Shown here: positions 1 to 9,221 of the stretch, one piece after another
Position numbering within the stretch: the stretch's first letter is position 1
Layout of the letters: every line of letters starts with the position of its first letter
Notes under the pieces: model-generated
What the model was told of the DNA's origin: nothing
The model's database searches: none
The model's input: the letters and a program-made list of their open reading frames with translations, nothing else
Translations under genes and position numbers: made by a program
IMG/VR virus record: IMGVR_UViG_3300045391_000819
Span: 32,001 to 96,000 of that record
Reading direction: 5' to 3' (one strand)
Source: a virus
Length of the DNA: 64,000 nucleotides

Positions 1-45
1 AAAATCAGTAAATGTTAAAATTCCTAAAAGTACTGAGGATTATAT

Positions 46-255
46 ATGAGTAACTATCCAGAAGAAATAGTAAAGCAAGCTGAAGAGCTTATAGAGGAAC
101 ACAAAGAATTTGCTGACTGGGATGACCCATTTGCTAATGCTGTAAGAGCAGCAATAGTAAGCTGCAAGTTTGCCAATGACTATCATATAAAGCTTATAGG
201 GTTAACAAACAAGGATATAAATCAAATAAAAGCATATTTGGAGGGATTGTTATGA
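46..255 (+). CDS. hypothetical protein (69 aa)
   Basis: ORF in a tightly packed + strand run; stop overlaps the next ATG (ATGA). Confidence 0.6.
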   Translation: MSNYPEEIVKQAEELIEEHKEFADWDDPFANAVRAAIVSCKFANDYHIKLIGLTNKDINQIKAYLEGLL

Positions 256-389
256 ATAAGCGTGAAAAAATAGGCTATTTAATATATGCTATAGCCTTAG
301 CCTGCATTCCAATTGGATTCTTTTGGATACCTATTATATATATCCAAATATTTTTATTCATTATTGCAATTTATTTAATTACTGGTTAA
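252..389 (+). CDS. small two-TM membrane protein (45 aa, not in ORF track)
   Basis: Read manually: MNKREKIGYLIYAIALACIPIGFFWIPIIYIQIFLFIIAIYLITG*; ATGA overlap with the previous stop; fills the gap exactly. Confidence 0.65.
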   Translation: MNKREKIGYLIYAIALACIPIGFFWIPIIYIQIFLFIIAIYLITG

Positions 390-396
390 ACAATAT

Positions 397-657
397 ATGG
401 GAGGGAGTATGAGTAGAATCTTCAAAAAAGAAATAAAGGCTCTTCTACCTAAAGAGTGGTTTGATTGTACAAGAGCTAATGGTATTGGACTAGCTGAAAA
501 TTCCTATTCTTTATTCACTCTAACCAATGGAAAGTCGTTTACTCTACTTACTGCCTCTCCAGCAGTTATAAATAAACTATCTAAGAAGTTTAGTATTAAG
601 TATGAAAAGCATTTTTGGATGCATTATTCTCAATATATAATAACAAGAAAATCATGA
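397..657 (+). CDS. hypothetical protein (alternative start 409)
   Basis: ORF; stop overlaps the next ATG. Confidence 0.55.
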   Translation: MGGSMSRIFKKEIKALLPKEWFDCTRANGIGLAENSYSLFTLTNGKSFTLLTASPAVINKLSKKFSIKYEKHFWMHYSQYIITRKS

Positions 658-953
658 GTAAAGAAATAAAAATAGGAGACTTAGTAGAAACTTGCTCCCT
701 TATGCCCGGAGTAGTGATGAAAATTAATGGTAGAGATATAGAGGCTAGAATGCTTGATATAGATGAATACAAGACTAATGATTATGCTTGTTGTTCTCTT
801 GACCATTGTGGGATAATAAAACTTACTGCTGAACAAGCTAAACAAAGGCTCATTCTTGGTAAGGAAAAATTAACAGAAATCTGGAGAAGAGAAGGAGAGT
901 GGGAAACTTTTGAGGATTATCAAAAATTAATTGAGGAAGCTTTAAAATCATGA
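654..953 (+). CDS. hypothetical protein with SH3/KOW-like start (MSKEIKIGDLVET)
   Basis: Probable start is ATG 654 (ATGA overlap), not 615; the IKIGDLV motif is typical of small phage beta-barrel proteins. Confidence 0.6.
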   Translation: MSKEIKIGDLVETCSLMPGVVMKINGRDIEARMLDIDEYKTNDYACCSLDHCGIIKLTAEQAKQRLILGKEKLTEIWRREGEWETFEDYQKLIEEALKS

Positions 954-1249
954 GTAAAGATAAAATACCTACAGCAGAAGAATTTTTAAAAGAAAAAGAC
1001 TTTATAAACTTTACTATCGGTAAGGCTAAAGGAAATGAAAGATGCTCTGATATGATGATAGCATACGCTAAACTCTGTGTAGAAGCAGCTTTAAAGGCAG
1101 TGATAAAGAACACAGGCTTTATTCAAATGCAGGCTGAACATCTTAATTCTGAGGAGTATAGACCTTTCATTACTGCTGAAGATGGTACAATTTGGGTAAT
1201 TGATGAACAGGCTATCAGAAATGCTTATCCTCTTGATAATATAAAATAA
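950..1249 (+). CDS. hypothetical protein (MSKDKIPTAE...)
   Basis: ORF, ATGA overlap; start sequence shared with 1468..1734. Confidence 0.65.
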   Translation: MSKDKIPTAEEFLKEKDFINFTIGKAKGNERCSDMMIAYAKLCVEAALKAVIKNTGFIQMQAEHLNSEEYRPFITAEDGTIWVIDEQAIRNAYPLDNIK

Positions 1250-1255
1250 TTTAAT

Positions 1256-1471
1256 ATGAAAGAATTCACATTCAGAGTTACCCAGCCTCTATCTGGATAC
1301 TATGAGGGCGAAGTAACTGTAAAAGCGTCTTCAGAGAAAGCTGCAAGAAATAAGCTTAATAAAATGACTCAGGAAGAGCTTGAGGAGATATGCACTTCTT
1401 GGGAACAGGGAGATGAAATGAGCGCTGATGGAGATATTGAAATTGATGAACTTAAATCAGAAGAATCATGA
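1256..1471 (+). CDS. small acidic hypothetical protein
   Basis: 71-aa ORF with strongly acidic C-terminal half. Confidence 0.6.
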   Translation: MKEFTFRVTQPLSGYYEGEVTVKASSEKAARNKLNKMTQEELEEICTSWEQGDEMSADGDIEIDELKSEES

Positions 1472-1734
1472 GTAAAGATAAAATACCTGTAGCTGAGAAA
1501 AAGGCTAAAGGTATTGAAGAAGGCCCGCCTATATGGGTAGAAAGCGTATTGTCCAATGAAGACTGGAAGGATACCTACAAAAAGTATCCTAACACACACA
1601 ATCTCAAGGAGAAGCCCGCCTTCTTTAAAAGTGATTATGAATGGCGTTATCGAATGGGGGCTGGTATTCCTCAAGATCAGATAGACCTTATTACAAAAAG
1701 ATTTGATACGATGCTTAAAATGGTAAATATATGA
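1468..1734 (+). CDS. hypothetical protein (MSKDKIPVAE...)
   Basis: ORF, ATGA overlaps at both ends. Confidence 0.6.
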   Translation: MSKDKIPVAEKKAKGIEEGPPIWVESVLSNEDWKDTYKKYPNTHNLKEKPAFFKSDYEWRYRMGAGIPQDQIDLITKRFDTMLKMVNI

Positions 1735-2438
1735 ATGATTCAATTAATACGAAGAAACTGAATCCAGATTGGTTTCATAAAATCTTTGCTGAACGTAGAA
1801 GGGTTGATGGTAAACCTACTGAATATGAAACAGTTAAGGCTAAATCGAGAATGCGTGGAATTTTGGAATATAAGAATGCTATTCAGGACTATCTTTTGAG
1901 TAATGAGGATAAACTTAGTAATCATATCAATCCTACTGTATCTTTTGCCCGTAGAGAAATGATTAGTGAAATGATAGATATTCTGTATAACATTAGTCCT
2001 AATAAACCTGTAAAGATTGATAATCAATTTACACGTCTAACGGATGAATTTGCAGACGGTAATAGGGTAATTTTGATTTATCAAAGATGCGATTGGAATA
2101 ATACTCCAGAACCCGGATGGTATGACAATTATGGGGTTAAGAAATATACTTCTATTCATACCAGTGATTACCATAAGAATATGGATGCCTTAATGCCTGT
2201 GGTTAAATGTGTTAAAGCGGATATTATAATTGCTCAAAGGGAAGCTGAGTTTGATGATAACTATGTCATGCAAAGAAACTATCAGTTCCTTAATGTTTTG
2301 GATTTGTGGGCAGATACAGTATTGGCAATCAAAGGATTAAAGGGTGCGAAACTTGCGCCTGCTTTTGTAGAAAAACCTACATCAAAATTATATTTGTCTT
2401 ATGCAGAATTACAGGAAAGAGCAAAGGCAAATAGATAA
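1731..2438 (+). CDS. hypothetical protein (235 aa)
   Basis: Long ORF in operon-like run. Confidence 0.65.
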   Translation: MNDSINTKKLNPDWFHKIFAERRRVDGKPTEYETVKAKSRMRGILEYKNAIQDYLLSNEDKLSNHINPTVSFARREMISEMIDILYNISPNKPVKIDNQFTRLTDEFADGNRVILIYQRCDWNNTPEPGWYDNYGVKKYTSIHTSDYHKNMDALMPVVKCVKADIIIAQREAEFDDNYVMQRNYQFLNVLDLWADTVLAIKGLKGAKLAPAFVEKPTSKLYLSYAELQERAKANR

Positions 2439-2480
2439 TTTGGATGGCAGCGAAAATAAAAAATAAGTACATTCTATCAT

Positions 2481-2669
2481 ATGAGTATTCAAGAACAAGA
2501 GTTTGAACAATTAAAAACAGCTCTATTAGAAGAAGAAAGACTTGATGACTTCCATGTTGGGTGTCATCCATATCTGTTTAATGAACACGTTTCTTTGCAG
2601 TTTTGCGGATGGGAAATAGTCTTATTACCAGACGGTAAGTATTTTATAAATGATACGACAGGAGGTTAA
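2481..2669 (+). CDS. hypothetical protein (62 aa)
   Basis: ORF in run; acidic, phage-like composition. Confidence 0.55.
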   Translation: MSIQEQEFEQLKTALLEEERLDDFHVGCHPYLFNEHVSLQFCGWEIVLLPDGKYFINDTTGG

Positions 2670-2670
2670 A

Positions 2671-3057
2671 ATGAGAGTACGATTAAAAATTAAAGACGGT
2701 AAAATACTGGAAGGTAAAGACCAATTGGGTGCGCTCATCCATTCGCTTGATGGTGAGTATATATTTTCAGCTCTTGATCTTAGTTCACCTAATACGGTTG
2801 AGGAGTGGCGTAAACTCTATTTTGCATTGAGGGATGTGTTACATGAAGCTGTAGAGACTGGTTATACCAAAAAAGAGTTACACGATGTAATCAAAAAGAA
2901 ACTTATTTATGATATGATGATGCAAACTACTGTTCGTTTAACAGATTGGTTTACTGATGCTGAATACTCAACTAAGGCACTCACAGAAGCAGGATGGGTA
3001 GAATATATGAAACGATTCAGAGAATTTGCAATGGACACATTTGAAATCTATTTATAG
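2671..3057 (+). CDS. NinB/YbcN-like recombination accessory protein
   Basis: Pattern YFALRDVLHEAVETGYTKKELHDVIKK...STKALTEAGWVEYMKRFREFA resembles the NinB family; probable start 2671. Confidence 0.45.
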   Translation: MRVRLKIKDGKILEGKDQLGALIHSLDGEYIFSALDLSSPNTVEEWRKLYFALRDVLHEAVETGYTKKELHDVIKKKLIYDMMMQTTVRLTDWFTDAEYSTKALTEAGWVEYMKRFREFAMDTFEIYL

Positions 3058-3135
3058 GACTTACGCAGTCAGAGGTGCGGCTCTTATGTGAAAGCATAAG
3101 GTCAAGCGTCGGTTCGAACCCGACTAAGCCCACTA
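3057..3135 (+). ncRNA. tRNA-like RNA with non-canonical anticodon arm
   Basis: Acceptor GGACTTA/TAAGCCC (6/7 pairs); D-like stem CGCA/TGCG; perfect T-arm GTCGG-TTCGAAC-CCGAC; 3' ACTA; central hairpin CTTATGT-GAAA-GCATAAG; intergenic once the next ORF start is placed at 3147. Confidence 0.65.
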
Positions 3136-3146
3136 AAATTTATAAT

Positions 3147-3578
3147 ATGAGAGGTTATCATGTTCTAAATCTATTAAGAGACATATACTTATTGCCTCTT
3201 CTGTTTGTTCGCAGATTGCTGAACTTTCTGTTGAGTGATTTGGCTGATACATTCTATTACAGGAAATCTGATATTAAAAGGCAGCCGTTTGTATTTGCAT
3301 CTCTCGGTTGGCTATTCGTCTACATAGGGTTATGTATGCTAAGTCCCATCTCTTTGCTCTTTACAAGCATTGATTGGGACTTAAGTTTTTTTACATTGAG
3401 TCTTATGTATGGAATTATATTTTGGGTGTTTGTTTTGATGATTGGTATTGATGTTGGAATATGCTTTCTGAAAAGATTAACAAAAAGGATTTGGAAATAT
3501 GTAAAATCTGTCTTAGGTTTGCAGTCTGAACAAGAGACAGATGACTACAATAAATCAGCCAAAATATGTCGTTTATGA
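3147..3578 (+). CDS. membrane protein with two hydrophobic segments
   Basis: Hydrophobic runs FVFASLGWLFVYIGLCMLSPISLLF and FFTLSLMYGIIFWVFVLMIGI; ATG 3147 preferred over GTG 3075, which lies inside the tRNA-like element. Confidence 0.6.
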   Translation: MRGYHVLNLLRDIYLLPLLFVRRLLNFLLSDLADTFYYRKSDIKRQPFVFASLGWLFVYIGLCMLSPISLLFTSIDWDLSFFTLSLMYGIIFWVFVLMIGIDVGICFLKRLTKRIWKYVKSVLGLQSEQETDDYNKSAKICRL

Positions 3579-5535
3579 CCTCGAAACTTTAAAACACTTA
3601 TCGACTGGCTGCTTCTATGATCTCACAACTAAGAAGAAAAAAGAGTTCGTAATATACGATGACCCTGAACAGTTAAAAGCCTTTCTTCTATTTCTCAAAG
3701 CTCTTAATAAGAATGATTATATCCTTGTAGGATTTAATAATCTTGGATTCGATAGCCAGATTCTTGAATATATGATAGGGGAAAGTGAGAAGTGGTTAGT
3801 GTGTGGATTCGATGCACAAACCATTGTCTCTCTTATCCATGAGAAAGCACAGCATATAATTTCTCTACAGAATAGTACTGAAAAGTTTCTACATCTGGTT
3901 CCAGAGTGGAAAATGACTATCCCTCAGATAGACTTATTCAGACAAAAGCATTACGATGGTAAGGCAAAGCAAGGAACGTCTCTGAAATGGATTCAGTTCA
4001 CAATGCGTTATCCTACTGTTGAGGAAATGCCAATCCATCATGAGGATGATATATCTAAAGAGGACATTCCAAACATATTAAAGTATAACTGGAATGACGT
4101 AGATTCTACGGCAACATTCTTTGAAAAGAATAAATTTGAGACAGAGATACGTCACTACCTAAGTGAAAAGTATAATGTAAATCTCATAAATGCTTCAGAG
4201 CCAAGAATTGCCAAGCTATTGTTTGGTAAGTTCCTGAGTGATGAAATGGATATATCCTTCAACGATCTGAAGCAGATGCGTACCTTTAGAAAGACAGTAG
4301 CTCTAAAGGATATAGTATTACCTTACACTAAATTCCAAACTCCTGAATTAAATGCGGTACTTGATGCTGTTAATCAGGCAGTTGTAAATCCTAATTTAAA
4401 TGCGAAAGAGAATACCAAATTTGATATTAATTTTGATTTCGGTGGTATTGATACTTATGTTGGTTTGGGTGGCATTCATGGATGTTGTAGTTCGGGAGTC
4501 TATGAAAACACGAGCAATAATATTATTCATGATATTGATGTCGTATCTTATTATCCTAATTTGGCGATACAAAATGGACTCAGACCAAGACACTTAGGAG
4601 AAGCTTTCAATAGGGTCTATAAGATGATATTTGATGAACGTCAAAAAATTCCTAAATCTGATCCTGTTAACTATGTCTACAAAATTATTCTTAATTCCAC
4701 CTACGGATTATCCAAAGAAATCAACTCGTATCTATACGACCCTTTGTTTACTTATAGTATTACAATTAATGGCCAACTTAGTCTCCTCATGTTGATTGAG
4801 AAGTTGGTATTAGAAGTACCTGACATTAAAATATATCAGGAGAATACTGATGGTGTGACCCTAGGATATGACCCACAATATAAACCTCTTGTGAGTAAGA
4901 TATGTGACTGGTGGTGTCAGCTAACAAAGTTAGAGCTTGAACACGGCTTCTATAAGAAACTGATAATCAGAGATGTAAATAATTATATAGGTGTAAAGGA
5001 TGACTTTGATTGGGACGAATATCAAACATATGTTAAGAAAGGTGAAAGAAAGAAATATTCTAAAATTAAGCACAAAGGAGCATTCGAGTTGGAAATTGAT
5101 TTTCATAAGAATCCTTCTAACCTTATTGTTCCTCTAGCAGCAGAAGCCTACCTTGTAGGAGGTAAGGATTACAGAGAGTTTATTTTTGAGCATGACGATA
5201 TATATGATTTCTTGGCTGGTGTGAAAAAGAAATCAGATTTTAATCTTGTATTACATACATTAAACGATGGAAAATATTCTCAGGAAAATTTACCGAAGGT
5301 CACTCGCTATTATGTATCAAAAAACGGTGGACATTTGCGTAAAGAATTTCATTCAGGTAAAAAGGCTGGAGGTAATGTGGGTGTGAATGTTGAGTGGAAA
5401 ATAACGCCATTAAATGTTGTAAAAGAAACAAGAGCGAGTCGTTATCCACAATTAAATCACACATTCTATATAAAGGAAACCGAAAAATTAATATTTAGCA
5501 TTGAAAATGATGCTAATCAATTAAAATTGTTTTAA
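3541..5535 (+). CDS. family B DNA polymerase (crAss-like type) with 3'-5' exonuclease
   Basis: Exo motifs YDLET, GFNNLGFD, YNWND; polymerase motifs GGIHG, DIDVVSYYP, KIILNSTYG, NTDG, RDVNNY. Confidence 0.9.
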   Translation: MTTINQPKYVVYDLETLKHLSTGCFYDLTTKKKKEFVIYDDPEQLKAFLLFLKALNKNDYILVGFNNLGFDSQILEYMIGESEKWLVCGFDAQTIVSLIHEKAQHIISLQNSTEKFLHLVPEWKMTIPQIDLFRQKHYDGKAKQGTSLKWIQFTMRYPTVEEMPIHHEDDISKEDIPNILKYNWNDVDSTATFFEKNKFETEIRHYLSEKYNVNLINASEPRIAKLLFGKFLSDEMDISFNDLKQMRTFRKTVALKDIVLPYTKFQTPELNAVLDAVNQAVVNPNLNAKENTKFDINFDFGGIDTYVGLGGIHGCCSSGVYENTSNNIIHDIDVVSYYPNLAIQNGLRPRHLGEAFNRVYKMIFDERQKIPKSDPVNYVYKIILNSTYGLSKEINSYLYDPLFTYSITINGQLSLLMLIEKLVLEVPDIKIYQENTDGVTLGYDPQYKPLVSKICDWWCQLTKLELEHGFYKKLIIRDVNNYIGVKDDFDWDEYQTYVKKGERKKYSKIKHKGAFELEIDFHKNPSNLIVPLAAEAYLVGGKDYREFIFEHDDIYDFLAGVKKKSDFNLVLHTLNDGKYSQENLPKVTRYYVSKNGGHLRKEFHSGKKAGGNVGVNVEWKITPLNVVKETRASRYPQLNHTFYIKETEKLIFSIENDANQLKLF

Positions 5536-5537
5536 TT

Positions 5538-6092
5538 ATGATTATTGATGTTTATAACGAATTATTTGCAAATGTAAAACTTGCAATTCAAAACCTAGCA
5601 AAAAGTAATGGAGGAATTATAACTCTTTGGAACGAAGGAGATTTTTCACCTGAAAATGATCCTAATTGGCCTACTTTTATTTCTCATGGTATGTTACATC
5701 ATGTAGTAAATTTTGCATGGCAGAATGGAACTCAAACTGTTGCTATAGGAGGTATTCATTTTCAAAGTCTTCATACACAAACAATGTCTTTAAACGATTT
5801 TGCATTTAAAACTGTATGTAAAATAGCTGATCTTTCTGGTATATCCATTGAAGATGTTGTTAATGCTCCAGAAATTGCAGCAGAAGATGAGCTGGATGAA
5901 ATTGATTTTGGTCTTGGTATAGACCCTCCACAACCAGTAAATGTTACACCCCCTCCTATAGGGCATATAGCTCCTGATGGAACGATGTATGGTAACACGT
6001 ATACTACAGGCCAAATGGGAACTATTGGAACAGCTGGAGAGAAAGGATATTTTTATACAGTAGATAAACCATATACCCAGAACTGGAAATAA
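5538..6092 (+). CDS. hypothetical protein (184 aa)
   Basis: ORF between polB and helicase. Confidence 0.65.
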   Translation: MIIDVYNELFANVKLAIQNLAKSNGGIITLWNEGDFSPENDPNWPTFISHGMLHHVVNFAWQNGTQTVAIGGIHFQSLHTQTMSLNDFAFKTVCKIADLSGISIEDVVNAPEIAAEDELDEIDFGLGIDPPQPVNVTPPPIGHIAPDGTMYGNTYTTGQMGTIGTAGEKGYFYTVDKPYTQNWK

Positions 6093-7195
6093 TGAAGATA
6101 CATGAAGAGCGTAGAAAAACTCAAATTGAGGCTGTTGATGCCCTTGAAAACAATGGATTCAATGGTTTTGTTATTGCCCCTACAGGGATTGGAAAGGCTT
6201 GGATTTTGATTGAATCCTTGAAGAGAATAAAACCTAAAGGAAGGATTTGGTATCTCTGTGATTCTGAGGATAATAGAGATACAACATTCAGAAATGAATT
6301 AATCAAGTGGGGGGCTGAGAAGTGGGTTGATAAGATTGAGTTTATGTGCTATCAAACGGCATATAAATTATCTGATGAAAAGGTTGAGCTTGGCCTATTC
6401 GATGAAGCAGACATGGCCCTTACTCCTGAATATAGTAAGGGTATGACTCAAAATAAGTTCAAGTATAAGGTGGCTGTAAGTGCTACCCTTGAAGGAAGTA
6501 AACGTGGATTAGCTAAGTCTATAGTTCCGATAGTATATGAGAAGGAATTGAAAGAGGTTGAAGATGCAAAGCTGTTAAATCCTGCCAAACACTATCTTGT
6601 TAACTTTATGTTAAGCAAGAAGGAGAATGAGAAGTATTTGAATTATAACTATAGATTTGGCAAGCTATTAATGGGAAATGCTCATAGAAATCGTGAGGCT
6701 TTAGAATTCTTGCAGATTCAAAGAAAGCATTTTCTGTCGTCGCTCGACACTTCTAGGAATGTTTGTAGAAAACTGTTAAAACAACTTCATAAAGTTGAAG
6801 ATAATAAAATAATGGTTTTCTGTGGCCTGTCCGATCAGGCAGATAAAATATGTAAATATTCTTACCATGCTAAAAGCAAGGAGAACTATTTAGTTCCATT
6901 TCATGAAGGTAAGATTCGTGTGATTGCTGTGGTTGGCAAGGTTGATAGGGGACAGAATATAGATGGAATAAATAACATTGTATTTGAGTCTCCAACTAAA
7001 TCTCCTACCAAATTCACACAGAAGTCCGGTAGAGGTAGAAGGCTGGCTCAGCATGAAACGTTACATATTTACTATCTTATCCCTTATTATGTTGATAGAA
7101 AGGGAGAAGTATCACCTACGATTGTAAAAAAGTGGGTGTATCAAGCTACTAATAAAATTAATTTTAATCCTATAACATTTAAATTCCATGATTGA
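6092..7195 (+). CDS. superfamily 2 (DExD) helicase
   Basis: Walker A APTGIGK, FDEAD, motif III SAT, motif VI QKSGRGRR. Confidence 0.9.
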   Translation: MKIHEERRKTQIEAVDALENNGFNGFVIAPTGIGKAWILIESLKRIKPKGRIWYLCDSEDNRDTTFRNELIKWGAEKWVDKIEFMCYQTAYKLSDEKVELGLFDEADMALTPEYSKGMTQNKFKYKVAVSATLEGSKRGLAKSIVPIVYEKELKEVEDAKLLNPAKHYLVNFMLSKKENEKYLNYNYRFGKLLMGNAHRNREALEFLQIQRKHFLSSLDTSRNVCRKLLKQLHKVEDNKIMVFCGLSDQADKICKYSYHAKSKENYLVPFHEGKIRVIAVVGKVDRGQNIDGINNIVFESPTKSPTKFTQKSGRGRRLAQHETLHIYYLIPYYVDRKGEVSPTIVKKWVYQATNKINFNPITFKFHD

Positions 7196-7802
7196 TTTCA
7201 CTACAAAGCTAATAAAGAAGTTTAAAGATGCAGGATTTTTTCCTGACACAATGTTTACATGTCTCTTGGTTTTGGACTCACTTGAGAATGGAAACTTGGA
7301 CGTCTTGGATGCTTTGGATGATGCTTCCACATCTAAGAGAATGTTGTTGCTATACTTTGATTTGATTCGTAGAGGATTGATTGAGTCTGCTCCAGATAAT
7401 CTGCTTGCTCTTTACAAGATAACAGAGAAAGGAACTCAATTCTTAAACTCTCTAAATGAAGAAGATGTACCTGAGACTACTGAAGATTGGATAGAAGATT
7501 GGATAGAGCTTTGGCCTAAAGGAGTAACATCAGGAGGCAAACTTGTAAGAAGTGATGCGAAAGGATGTCTTAAAAAATTGAAAACATTTATTAAGGAATA
7601 TAAGTACGATAAAAGTCTTATTTTTGAAGCCACTAAAAAATATGTAGAATCCTTCGAGCCAACAGGTTATGCCTATATGAAGGCTGCTACAAACTTTATC
7701 CATAAACGTGGAGAGGGTTCAGAATTGGCTGCATGGTGCGAAAAAGTATTAAACACAGAAACAGAAGAGGTATACAGTTCTATAGATAATGGACTTATAT
7801 AA
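7188..7802 (+). CDS. putative replication initiator / helicase loader
   Basis: Directly upstream of the DnaB-like gene; N-terminal wHTH-like segment (YKITEKG) and C-terminal WIELWPKG...EATKKYV segment. Confidence 0.4.
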   Translation: MIDFTTKLIKKFKDAGFFPDTMFTCLLVLDSLENGNLDVLDALDDASTSKRMLLLYFDLIRRGLIESAPDNLLALYKITEKGTQFLNSLNEEDVPETTEDWIEDWIELWPKGVTSGGKLVRSDAKGCLKKLKTFIKEYKYDKSLIFEATKKYVESFEPTGYAYMKAATNFIHKRGEGSELAAWCEKVLNTETEEVYSSIDNGLI

Positions 7803-8970
7803 TAAAGCATTAGCAAAGATTGAGGACGATAAGCGTCGCAGAGCCACAGGCGAACACTTGTGCATACCATACCCATATCCAAGACTGAACGATATACTAG
7901 GCGGAATAGATAAAGGCCAAGCTATTGGGATTCTTGGGGCTACAGGTACAGGTAAATCCAAATGGGCACGCTATACCTTTTTATATTCAGTTTACAGATT
8001 CTATAAAGAAACAGGATATAAGGTAAGAATCTTATGGTTCTGCATGGAAGATCAGAAAGAACAAACCTTTGACTTTGTACTATGTAACTATTTGAAGGAG
8101 CAAAAGAACATTCTTGTAACACATAAGGACTTACATTCAAGGGATAAGGAATTACCACAATTTGTTCTGGATGAAATAAAGAAGGCGAAAGAGTACTTTA
8201 ATGAATTTGGAAAAGTAGTTACATTCATTGATGGTATAACTGAACCTACTGAACTCTATGGTATCTGTAGGCAGATAGCCCTCAATATGGGGACGGTGAA
8301 GAAATGGAACGAAGTAATTGATGGTAAGGAGATTACACAATATAGTTATGAATCTGATACTCATGTGATTGCAGTGTTTGATAACATGAGTAATATTGAT
8401 ACTGAGGATGGTACGTCAAATGAGCAATCGGCTATCTTGAAGTTTGTAAAGGAGTACATGAGGCTTAAGCTTTGTAACTTCTTTAGATGGACTTGTCTAA
8501 TGGTTATGCAGCTTGATTTTGAATCTGAGCGTCAAGCCTTTAATAGAGCTGGTGATACAGTACTGGCTAAGATTGAGCCGAGCCTAGCATCTATTGGTGA
8601 TAGTAAACGAAGTAGTAGAAGCTTTCACCTGATTCTGAGTATGTTCGAACCATCTCGTTATGAACTTATTCATTATCCGATACCATCTAAGAATGACCCT
8701 GAGAACTGCTATCGTATTGACGTTCTTGGAAATAGATTCAGAGCACTTAGGATATTAAAGACTAATGGAACAGAGACAGGAAAAAGAATTGGATTATTGT
8801 TTGATGCGATTGGTGAAACATTTCAGGAATTACCACAGCCTAAGAGTGAAGAACTTAAAAGTATTTATCAGGATTTAACAAAGAATTCATTAAATAAATT
8901 TGTTAATCAGAAACAAAGTAGTATCTTTGTACCGAAATCAAATGATGAGGTTACAGAAGACCCATTTTAA
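7789..8970 (+). CDS. DnaB-like replicative helicase
   Basis: Walker A GATGTGKS, FCMED, Walker B-like VFDN, Q motif MQLDFE; acidic DPF tail. Confidence 0.8.
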   Translation: MDLYNKALAKIEDDKRRRATGEHLCIPYPYPRLNDILGGIDKGQAIGILGATGTGKSKWARYTFLYSVYRFYKETGYKVRILWFCMEDQKEQTFDFVLCNYLKEQKNILVTHKDLHSRDKELPQFVLDEIKKAKEYFNEFGKVVTFIDGITEPTELYGICRQIALNMGTVKKWNEVIDGKEITQYSYESDTHVIAVFDNMSNIDTEDGTSNEQSAILKFVKEYMRLKLCNFFRWTCLMVMQLDFESERQAFNRAGDTVLAKIEPSLASIGDSKRSSRSFHLILSMFEPSRYELIHYPIPSKNDPENCYRIDVLGNRFRALRILKTNGTETGKRIGLLFDAIGETFQELPQPKSEELKSIYQDLTKNSLNKFVNQKQSSIFVPKSNDEVTEDPF

Positions 8971-8973
8971 ATT

Positions 8974-9216
8974 ATGGCAGCACCGATAACAACAACTCAA
9001 ACAACACAATCAATGTCGTGGACAGATGCAGAAGGGTCTGCTACGGCTACAATAAATGTTACTAATGAGGAAGCACCAGTACTTGTTGAGTATTTTATTT
9101 TGAATACAACAAGTCAAAACATGCTTGCTTTTAATCCATTAACCACAGCACAGCTAACCTTTGTGAATCAAGTATTCACTGATATTTTAGCTGCATTAAA
9201 TCCAAATGAGGAATAA
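8974..9216 (+). CDS. acidic Thr-rich small protein with no K/R/H
   Basis: 80-aa ORF filling the gap exactly; A-rich start context. Confidence 0.6.
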   Translation: MAAPITTTQTTQSMSWTDAEGSATATINVTNEEAPVLVEYFILNTTSQNMLAFNPLTTAQLTFVNQVFTDILAALNPNEE

Positions 9217-9221
9217 TCTTA

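Noticed and set aside
3057-3135. Canonical tRNA-Phe(GAA) or tRNA-His(GTG)
   Set aside because: GAA and GTG each fall at position 34-36 in one register, but neither register gives a paired 5-bp anticodon stem with a 7-nt loop.
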